A stretch of DNA of 64,000 bases. Origin: Torpedo marmorata (lineage: Eukaryota). Where the stretch lies: positions 121,086,001 to 121,150,000 of the forward strand of contig OZ360230.1 in NCBI GenBank assembly GCA_977017645.1, read 5' to 3'. The first letter of the stretch is position 1; every line of letters starts with the position of its first letter. Below, one piece after another: positions 55,164 to 64,000 of this stretch. The position numbers were made by a program, and so were the translations under genes. The notes below the pieces were generated by a model. The model did not search any database, had not been told where the DNA came from, and saw only the letters and a program-made list of their open reading frames with translations.

Positions 55164-55802
55164 TTTTTTTTAAAATTAAACATTCCATATTTATTTTATA
55201 AACAACGTAACTTTACATGAAAACAATGTTACTTGTTCCTTTTTGTGCAACATAGAATTAAAAAGATGGTGCATAAAATCTAAAATCCTTGGCATCAAAG
55301 CAATACTGAAGACGAGATGTTGCACAGGACAAAAACTTTAATTGCCTTTAATTAATATTAAACTATATCATCCTTCACAGTAATGGTCTTTAAAAGGAGG
55401 TTGAATGTAGCATCCAGAACTCATCAAGGTTTCAGATGCTCAGCCCAAAGACAGTGAGGATACAATACATAGAATTATTCTCCCATCTCACTACAGCTTC
55501 CATCAGAATTGTTGTCCCAGTAACAGGAACTTGCTGAGAGCAGACCAGCTCCATTCTTCTGCATTATCACAGATGTCACAATGTATTTGAACGGTTTGCC
55601 TAGTTTGTTGAGTTGACTGAGACAGAGATCCACCACACTAGTTGTCCACTGGTTAACTGCTTGGTTGATACGCATTTCCACCAATTGCAGTCTCTATTGA
55701 ATCTTTAACAACAGCACTGACTTCAACAATAAATTTAGTCTATAAAAGAAATGGCACAGATTAGTTTTAGTCTTGGAAAGCTTTTGTACGTGGTAGAGAT
55801 GC
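55164..55802 (-). pseudogene. DYNLT1: DYNLT1 retrocopy, second haplotype
   Basis: As 43288-43926. Confidence 0.92.
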
Positions 55803-55842
55803 ACGGCCCTTTGCTACATAACGGCCTTTCATAACGACCCTT

Positions 55843-58408
55843 CCTCCAATCGGTAGACTCAGGACCGCCGCAGAGACCCAGTGTTTCCTGTTGCCCCAGA
55901 AGAAGTCCACCAACTTCCTCTGGATTCACATGGCAAAGGCAGCAGGTGGGACCAAGTTGACCAACCGGTACCAAAACATGGAAGCCACCACCTGGTTGAT
56001 GACCACCACCCTGCCTCGGTAGGAAAGCACCGCAAGGAGGCCTGACCAGTGTCCCAGCAGGGCAGCGATCTTCGCCTCCAGATCCTGCCAGTTCGCCAGC
56101 CAGGTGTCCCCGGTGGGACTCAGGTGGACCCCCAAGTAGAGAAGATGTGTGGTGCTCCACGTAAATGGTTTCATCACCTCCGGCAGGGAGTCCACCCGCC
56201 ACTGACCCACCAAAAGTCCAGAACATTTAGCCCAATTGATCCTGGCAGAGGACACAGCAGAGAAGACCTGCTGGCACTCCCGCATCCTCCGCAGGTCAAC
56301 GGGGTCGGTCACCATGAGGAGCACGTCATCAGCATAGGCCGAGAGAACGACCTCCATGTCCGGCTCACGTAGAACCATCCCCGTCAACTTCCTCCGAAGA
56401 AGACTCTTGAATGGCTCTACGCAGATGGTGTACAACTGGCCAGACATGGGGCATCCCTGACGTACTCCCCTGTAGAAGGGTATGGGGGCAGTCAAGGATC
56501 CGTTCACTTTGATGAGGCACTCTGCGGCAGAGTACAAGAGCTGAATTCGGGCTACAAAGTGATGTCCGAACCCAAAAGCATGCAGAGTACCCACGAGGTA
56601 GCTGTGGTCCACCCTATCAAATTACTTCTCCTGATCCAGGGACAGAAAGGCTGCTGATATACCAGTCTCCTGGGACAGATGGATCAGGTCCCGTACCAGA
56701 TGGATATTGTCCTGGATGGACCGGTCTGGGACGGCGTATGACTGGTCAGGGTGGACAACCTGCCCCAGCACAGAGCCCAGACGGTTGGCCAATGCCTGGC
56801 GAAGACCTTGTAGTCCGTGCACAGGAGAGACACCGGCCGCCAGTTCTTCAACAGGCGGTGGTCTCCCTTCTTCGGCAGCAGGACCACGACGGCTCTCCGC
56901 CACGAGAGGGGCATTTCTCCGGTGGCCAGGCTCTCACACAGGACACGTGCATAGTCCTCACCCAGGACATCCCAAAAAGCCCGGAGGAACTCAACAGTCA
57001 GGCCGTCCAAGCCAGGAGACTTGCCGCTCTTGAGTTGGTGCAGGGCCAGGGACAGCTCACCCGGTGTCAGGGGAGCATCCAACCGTTCAACTGCCTCCGG
57101 ATCAACCTTTGGCAGACCCTCTTATAGGACCCTGCGCGTGTCTCCATCTGACGGGTCAGATGAGAATAAGGCTCCATAAAAAGAGCGGACAGTCAGGAGA
57201 ATTTCTGCCGGAATTGTGACACAGGAGCCGCTGTCAGACAGCAACTCCACCATCTGCTTCCGTATTCCCCGGCTCTTCTCCAACGAGAAGAAGAAAGGTG
57301 AGATGCGGTCCAAATCATGGAGTAGTTGGATCCGTGACCTCACGTGCGCACCTCGGGACTGCTTGAGCTGCAGGTCCCTCAACGCGTCCTTCTTCCTCTG
57401 GTGCTCCTGCCACAGGAGTGGATCCCCAGGGGTCAGACCGAGACGAGACTCCAAGTCAAGCACCTCTCTCTCAAGCCGCCCAATCTCGGAGTTCCGGCTC
57501 TTGGTTGACCCCCTGGTGTACACCTGACACAGCAGACGAATGTGGGCCTTGCCCACATCCCACCACAGCCGCAGGGAGCAGAATTCCTCCCGCTGCCCCC
57601 TCCAGGTGGTCCAGAACTCCCTGAACGAATCCTGGAATCGGTTGTCCTCCAGCAGCTGGTTGTTAAAATGCCAAAACACGGACCCCACCTGCGGGCAGGA
57701 TGGAGTGAACTCTGCCCAGACGAGATGGTGGTCATAGCACGCCACCGGCGGCATGGAGGCAGCCGACACCCGGGAGACATGCACCCTGGAGATATACAAA
57801 CAGTCAATTCGCGAGCCTCCCCCTCCTCCATCCCTCCTTGAGTAAGCACAGGAGTGCGGGTGGAGGTTCCGCCATACATCGACCATATCGAAGGAACCCA
57901 CTAGCTCCCTCAGCAGCCTCACCGAGGCTCGGCAAGACCGAGGGCCAGAACGATCCCTGTCCTCGAGGGTGGAGTTAAAATCACCCCCGAGGATAACACA
58001 TTCGCCCTGGCTAAAAGAAGCCAGCAGGGCGGACACATCTCGAAACAGGCGCGCCTGTGCCGGGCCGGGCTCCGGGGCGTAAACGTTGACAAGGTGCAAC
58101 GGTACGCCATCCTGGCTCACGGCCAGATGGAGCAGACGGCCTGTCACCAACTCCTGAACCGTAAGGATCTCAGGTTGGAAGGTCGGGGCCAACAAACTAG
58201 CCACCCCGCTCGAAGTGGAGCTGAGGTGACTCATGTATACCCCCCCTCACCACTCCAGGAGCCAGGTGGATTCGTTTCCTGGACCGGTGCGGGTCTCCTG
58301 CAGGAAACTCACCGCATATCTCCCTCTCCTAAGGACCGAGAGATGGTGGAACCTGCGGAGAGACCCCCTACCGCCGTTGATGTTCAGGCTGGCGACGGTA
58401 ATCGTCAT
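55843..58408 (-). pseudogene. Tx1 ORF2 (APE+RT), disrupted
   Basis: As copy 9 plus a 1-bp deletion near 56798. Confidence 0.92.
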
Positions 58409-60464
58409 GACAAGTCACTGGAGACTCCGTCGCCAGAGACCTGAGTTGAGGGAGAAGAGCTCCTTGCAGAACCTCCCCTCGCTATAAGTGCCAGCAGCAA
58501 GGCCTGCAGGAGCGACTTGAAATTGTGCCGCTCATTCCTGGTCAATACTGACTCTTTCCTCGTTCTTTTAAGGATGTTGTAAATGGACTGAACAACCCCA
58601 GGAAGATCCGACCAGCGGGCGGAAGCCAACTGGGCTTTATTCTGTCTCCCCCGGGTGTCCTCCAGGAACTCCCTCACCTCCCCCACAGTGACGACCGTGG
58701 ACCCAGAACTGGGGACAAAGAGGTCTGCCAGCTCTGCTTCAAAGGAGTCCTCCTCGCCATATCCCGTATCGTTGTCCTACTCCAGGCAAGCACCCCCACT
58801 GGCCGACGTGCCCACTCCTGTCCACGTGGCAGCGAGCAAGGGAAGCCCTGACGCCCCTTGATCCAGGACCCGGGTGTGGCAGGGCTTGTGCCCCCTACAC
58901 CACCATTTCCCAGTACAGGCGACTCACAGACTCTCAATGAGTCCGAACGAAGGACACGTGTTGTCTAAGTCGTACCCGCCTCCACACCCTGGTTACCCAT
59001 CTTCACAGAATGAGCCGGTGACCCATGAACTGAGCGGACTGGTGACCCGAGGGGTGTCTGTCCCTCGACAGGACCCCTTGCCTCGATAGAGGCCACAAAC
59101 TGGGCTACCACCCCACCGGGCGTCCTTCCTCCTTCAGGTGACCCCTGGATTCTGGGGCTATCTACGTCACCTGGCGTCGCGCACTCTGGGTGCGTAACCA
59201 CACCAGACGGTAGGTCCCCTCCCTCCCGCTCAGCGGAATCCCCCACCGGCTCTGGATATGTTTGCTCAGGAAGTGCTGCCCAGAAGGAGGGCAAATCACC
59301 ACCCTCAAGTGGCCCTGCCGTAACAGGGCCACCCTCTAGCTCCGGGAAGGCACTCTCCGCGCATGCGGCCTTTACCGGGGCTAAATCCCCTTCCTCAGGT
59401 TCCCCCTTTCCCTCTTCTGCGGACACGTGTCTCCTGCGCTTTGTCCCACCTACTTTCTGAGGCACAGAGACTTCCATCTCTGAGGAATCCTCGGCCTCTG
59501 ACACCCCATCACCCTCCCCGACTCCCTCAGGCCCCTGTTGACCCCCAGAGACTATCGGGTCCTCTGGGTCGGGCCTGGAGGAAACCGCCGACTCCTGCTT
59601 CTCCAGAGGAGGGGCTTGGAGGTGTTTCGTCTTCCTCCGTGCCTTCCTCCCCTTTGCAGGAGTCCACCCCTCCCCAATGTCCGGCCCACGCTCTTCCCCA
59701 ATGCCCTTTTCCCCCACCGCAGGAGGGACATCTCCCCCGGGGGGAGAAACAGCTGGAGGGGGGACAGCAGAAGAAGGGCCAGCTGCGCCTCCTCGCACCG
59801 TCGAGGTGGAGGCAACAGCCCGCCGGTTAGGGCAATCCCTCCGAATGTGCCCATACCCCTTGCATTCCCGGCACCTCGGACGCCCCGTGGCCCAGTACAC
59901 GGGATAAGTATTCCCCTCCACGTCCACCTGGAACTGCCCCTCAGCATCCCATCCCCGCGCCAACTGCATAGAAACGAGCCTTTTAAAGCCATACAATGAC
60001 TTATAGCCAGGTATGGCAGGCTTACGCAGCATTGGGGTGATATCCGATTTTATATCCCCCAGAGATTGCAGGTGAGGGAGAATGGCTGTATCAGGAATAT
60101 GGGGATACACGGCAGACAGGACCACCTTCTGCACGCGGGCCATCACTGGCTTCACCGGTATGAAGAGCCCTCCCATCGACAGCCCCTTACTCAGGGCCAG
60201 GGACACCTTTTTAGTGGACCGCAAGAAAAACATTGTCTTCCCGTGAATTTTATCTACCGCAACGATACCCTCCTTCCCACCTATAGTCTGAGACAGAGCT
60301 TTTAAACCGCCTTCCAGACCGATGGACGGAGGTATATTACATTGTACGGCATTTTCCAAAGTCATTAATCTGAAGGGTGACACCTTTGCAGGAGCCCCAC
60401 CTCCAGGAGCTGCAACTGCTGCGTAGGTCCGAGGGGCTGCCATCTTAGAGCGGCAGCTCGCCAT
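58405..60464 (-). pseudogene. Tx1 ORF1: 499-aa open part (58965-60464), disrupted C-terminus
   Basis: CCHC knuckle intact. Confidence 0.9.
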
Positions 60465-61026
60465 GATGAAAGTCCTAGGCAGTCAGTAATTATCGCATCT
60501 GCTGATATGAAACACTGTCCTTCTACCAGCGGAGCACACAATTAATCAGTTTTCCAAATGTTTAGCAGTGCAGGGAAGGGAGTATGGTGGGAGTTTCCAC
60601 AGGAATGTCTGTGCACTGATGACTGCAACGCTCTTCTTCTCGAGCGCAGGGAATATATCCTCCGAGTCAGCCCGATTCTTCTGCAGCCTCACGAATCCCA
60701 GGAACCGTTGATGATCTTCGTTCCCCAGTCGTCCTGAGCGAAGGTCCTCGGTTGGGTGTGGGCTTTCCGATGATAAGGACCCAACTCCCACTGAAGTCCA
60801 GAAATGGTTTTGGCAATCTGCCAGCCACTGCTGCTCCACAGCACTCAGGCACAGTCAAAGACCTTGCAGTGCAAAATCTTCTTTCTTCCTCCAAAAACGA
60901 CCACCGCTGGGATGAGAATGCACTCCCACACTTTTCAGCGACCTCTGCACTTGCACTTATCAATTTTGAAAATCATAAATTCTTGGTCAACCATAGAGCT
61001 CAGGCAGTACCGCCGCTCCCACAGTG

Positions 61027-61100
61027 CGACCCTTCCTCCATAACGGCCCTCCCTTCATAACGACCCTTCCTTCATAACGGCCCTTCCTTCATAACGGCCC
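61027..61100. repeat. 17-bp minisatellite, 4 units
   Basis: cgaccc followed by 4 x ttccttcataacgRccc-type units. Confidence 0.95.
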
Positions 61101-61743
61101 TTTTTTTAAAAATTAAACATTCCATATTTATTTTATAAACAGCGTAACTTTACATGAAAACAATGTTACTTGTTCCTTTTTGTGCAACATAGAATTAAAA
61201 AGATGGTGCATAAAAACTAAAATCCTTGGCATCAAAGCAATACTGAAGACGAGATGTTGCACAGGACAAAAACTTTAATTGCCTTTAATTAATATTAAAC
61301 TATATCATCCTTCACAGTAATGGTCTTTAAAAGGAGGTTGAATGTAGCATCCAGAAGTCATCAAGGTTTTAGATACTCAGCCCAAAGACAGTGACAATAC
61401 AATACATTGTATTCTCCCATCTCACAGTACAGCTTCCATCAGAATTGTTGTCCCAGTAACAGGAACTTACTGAGAGCAGACCAGCTCCATTCTTCTGCAT
61501 TATCACAGATGTCACAATGTATTTGAACGGTTTGCCTAGTTTGTTGAGTTGACTGAGACAGAGATCCACCACACTAGTTGCCCACTGGTGAACTCTGCTT
61601 GGTTGATACGCATTTCCACCAATTGCAGTCTCTATTGATTCTTTAATAATACCACTTACTTCATCAACAATAAATGTAGTCAATAAAAGAAATGGCACAG
61701 ATTAGTTTTAGTCTTGGAAAGCTTTTGTACGTGGGAGAGATGC
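61101..61743 (-). pseudogene. DYNLT1: DYNLT1 retrocopy, in frame from about codon 10 to the stop (61680-61369), lacking exon 1; 3'UTR, AATAAA (61127-61132), A7
   Basis: [26 protein letters not shown]...[11 protein letters not shown]...[23 protein letters not shown] matches DYNLT1 rather than DYNLT3. Confidence 0.95.
61681..61710 (-). promoter_or_regulatory. Retained intron 3' end: branch point ACTAAT + pyrimidine tract + acceptor (TAG in array copies, TTG here)
   Basis: Minus strand ...aaaactaatctgtgccatttcttttatAG|ACT.. in array copies, immediately before the T-x-F codons. Confidence 0.75.
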
Positions 61744-61922
61744 ACGGCGCTGTGCTTCATAACGGCCCTGTGCTTCATAACGGCCCTTCCTTCGTAATGG
61801 CCCTTCCTTCATAACGACCCTTCCTTCATAACGACCCTTCCTCCATAACGACCCTTCCTTCTTAACGACCCTTCCTTCATAACGACCCTTCCTTCATAAC
61901 GACCCTTCCTTCATAACGGCCC
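61744..61922. repeat. 17-bp minisatellite, 10 units (first two are an 18-bp variant tgtgcttcataacggccc)
   Basis: Units read directly from 61751 to 61922. Confidence 0.97.
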
Positions 61923-61964
61923 TTTTTTTTGGAAAAATATTCTTTATTTCTCTAAAACATCAAG

Positions 61965-64000
61965 TTAAACAAACAACGACAAGACATGAAACACAAGACA
62001 ACCGTACAACAATATTAAAATGTTTCCATCCCCATCTATGATGGAGTGTACACCCCGCGGTGCCCAGCGCTCCCGAAACTCTTCTATGGTTCCCGTGGAC
62101 AGCGCATGTTACATTTGGAAAGATGGCATACAGAATTGTGTTCATGTATATCACTCGAAAAAATTACATATAATTTACGCGATAAATATCATTGCTTTTT
62201 GAAAGTATGGAGCCCAAATATAAAAACTGTTGGTTTAAGGATTTGAAGATCACTGGACATCGGATCTGACTGGCGAACCTATCCTCCACAATAAAATCAG
62301 TTTATAGTTGTTCTTTTTAGATTGACATTCTCCTCACTCTATCTTGTTTTTCTTCTTTCTTTTCAGGAGGGGAGGGAGGGGGGGGGGGTGAAAATGTATC
62401 ACATGTAATTTGATAAATTTGCATTTTAAACTGTGTACTGTGTGATTTAAAAATTTTAAATAAAATATTTTTTTTTAAAAGACACCCGGGCCCGATCTTA
62501 CCCCCGGAAGATGTCCAGTGCGTCATTGCAGGAGGAGCCCTGAGCCGCTTGTTTCCAGGAGCCACGGATGGAGAGTTTGGCCAGGCCCAGGAGTAAGGCG
62601 ACCAGGACATTCCCCTCCCTTCCCGCCCCCTTCCTCACTGGGTGGCCAAAGATAAAGAGGCTAGGGCTGAAATGTAACCAGAATGCGAGGAGCAGCCCCT
62701 TCAGAAAGGCAGAGAGGGGCTGCAACCACACACACCCCATGTACATGTGGTACGCGGTCTCCTCCAGCCCGCAGAAGTGGCACGCAGCTGGGAGACCCGT
62801 GAATCGGCTCAGAAATTTGTTACAGGGCACCGCTTGGTGTAATACCCTCCACCCCAGGTCCCCGATGTACAAGGGCAGGATCCCTGCATCGAGCGACCAC
62901 CACTGGGGTCCCCCCTGATTGGCAGATGGCAACACCGAGCGCCAGGGCGTGTCTAGCCGGTGAACCAGGGCAAGGAAGTGGAAGGTATGGAGCAGTCACC
63001 CGTACAGGAACTTCCTCCCCGCCACTCGGAATGGCACAGTGGGTGTTGACGAGAGATGGCTCAGATTGTGCGGGGCAGGTTCGCGGATGAGACACCGGGG
63101 CCTTGGTCCAACGAGCAACTCCGGCTGAGCGGAGGTGAGCCCAGCCGGAATCACTTCCCCCACCCTGACCGTCCCTTCCCCCGATGAAGGAGGGCTGGGG
63201 CGGGTTGTTCTCCCGGCCGGGACACAACTCCCCGCTGGTGGAGGAGGGTCTTGGCCGGAGGCAACAATGTTCCAGACTTTCAGTAGGTCCCGGTAATAGC
63301 TGGGCAACCCCTGCAGAGCAGCACGGCTGACTCCCGTCGGCGGTGGCCATGTGCCCTCATGAAGGCAGCGGCCCCGTCGGAGAAAGTACGTGGCCAGCAC
63401 GTGCCACCTGGGAGGAAGCTCACCATACAGGAATCTCTGCAGTGTCCTAAGGCGGAGGGCCGCTAACTGCGTACGCATACACACCAGCGACTGTCCGCCC
63501 CCTCCAATTGGTAGACTCAGGACTGCCGCAGAGACCCAGTGTTTCCTGTTGCCCCAGAAGAAGTCCACCAACTTCCTCTGGATTCTCATGGCAAAAGCAG
63601 CAGGTGGGACCAAGGTGACCAACCGGTACCATAACATGGAGACCACCAGCTGGTTGATGACCACCACCCTGCCTCGGTAGGAAAGCACCCCAAGGAGGCC
63701 TGAGCAGTGTCCCAGCTGGGCAGCGATCTTCGCCTCCAGATCCTGCCAGTTCGCCAGCCAGATGTCCCCGGTGGGACTCAGGTCGACCCCCAAGTAGAGA
63801 AGATGTGTGGTGCTCCACGTGAATGGTTTCATCACCTCCGGCAGGGAGTCCACCCGCCACTGACCCACCAAAAGTCCAGAACATTTAGCCCAATTGATCC
63901 TGGCAGAGGACGCAGCAGAGAAGACCTGCTGGCACTCCCGCATCCTCCGCAGGTCAACGGGGTCGGTCACCATGAGGAGCACGTCATCAGCATAGGCCGA
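61965..64000 (-). pseudogene. Tx1 ORF2 C-terminal half; in-frame stops at 62996 and 62498, interrupted by an insertion
   Basis: ORFs 62996-63982 and 62498-62935 are in one frame; HALSTGTIEEFRERWAPRGVHSIIDGDGNIL resumes below about 62109. Confidence 0.88.
62111..62480 (+). mobile_element. 5'-truncated L1-clade LINE 3' fragment inserted antisense into Tx1 ORF2
   Basis: HLERWHTELCSCISLEKITYNLRDKYHCFLKVWSP resembles the C-terminus of non-mammalian L1 ORF2; AT-rich 3'UTR with G-tract (62366-62388), AATAAA 62459-62464. Confidence 0.75.

Larger units (their letters stand above)
55843..61026 (-). mobile_element. Tx1-clade retrotransposon, 3'-truncated (copy 10)
   Basis: Sister of copy 9; 5' end CACTGTGGG at 61026. 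Confidence 0.93.
1..61743 (-). repeat. Tandem array (macrosatellite) of a ~5.94-kb unit: truncated Tx1 element + minisatellite + DYNLT1 retrocopy + minisatellite; 10 full units plus partial
   Basis: ORF1 ATGs at 1096, 7033, 12970, 18907, 24844, 30774, 36711, 42648, 48583, 54524, 60464 (spacing 5930-5941 bp); near-identical sequence between units. Confidence 0.98.
61923..64000 (-). mobile_element. Tx1-clade retrotransposon, complete 3' end with AATAAA (61943-61948) and A8 tail (copy 11, continues past window)
   Basis: RT YADD end, post-RT region, CHFC-X7-H-X4-C finger, FRERWAP C-terminus, short 3'UTR, poly(A). Confidence 0.93.

Noticed and set aside
61369-61698. Functional 109-aa DYNLT1 gene
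   Set aside because: The predicted start is a GTG within intron-like sequence; exon 1 and the ATG are missing; the poly(A) remnant marks a retrocopy.
1-61743. Array formed by repeated independent retrotransposition
   Set aside because: Identical 5' ends, tail region, spacer variants and shared inactivating mutations point to DNA-level duplication.
1-61743. Assembly artefact from one repeated read or contig
   Set aside because: Units carry structured, shared SNP and indel haplotypes, although the exact copy number still needs read support.
61744-61922. CRISPR-like repeats next to a reverse transcriptase
   Set aside because: The repeats are contiguous with no unique spacers, there are no cas genes, and the context is a eukaryotic LINE.
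74-63680. Numerous plus-strand and alternative-frame ORFs of 60-180 aa
   Set aside because: They are shadow ORFs of GC-rich Tx1 coding sequence with no recognisable domains; they recur only because of the tandem repeat.

Overview
Vertebrate genomic DNA. Almost the whole window (1 to about 61.7 kb) is a head-to-tail tandem array of a ~5.94-kb unit: 10 complete units plus a partial one at the left edge, all on the minus strand. Each unit contains (i) a 3'-truncated, inactivated Tx1-clade (L1-Tx1) non-LTR retrotransposon (565-nt 5'UTR, ORF1 with CCHC knuckle, ORF2 APE endonuclease + RT), (ii) a few copies of a 17-bp minisatellite (TTCCTTCATAACGRCCC), (iii) a polyadenylated DYNLT1 (Tctex-1) retrocopy that retains what looks like the 3' end of intron 1, and (iv) four more minisatellite units. 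The right end (61.1-64 kb) keeps the undeleted layout: an in-frame DYNLT1 copy, 10 minisatellite units, and the complete poly(A)-tailed 3' end of a Tx1 copy interrupted by an antisense L1 3' fragment. The Tx1 element and the DYNLT1 retrocopy join the minisatellite at the same phase at both ends. This points to a sequence-specific Tx1 family that targets the 17-mer and mobilised a host mRNA in trans. A microhomology deletion and DNA-level tandem amplification followed. Family assignments rest on recognised motifs; no database searches were run.
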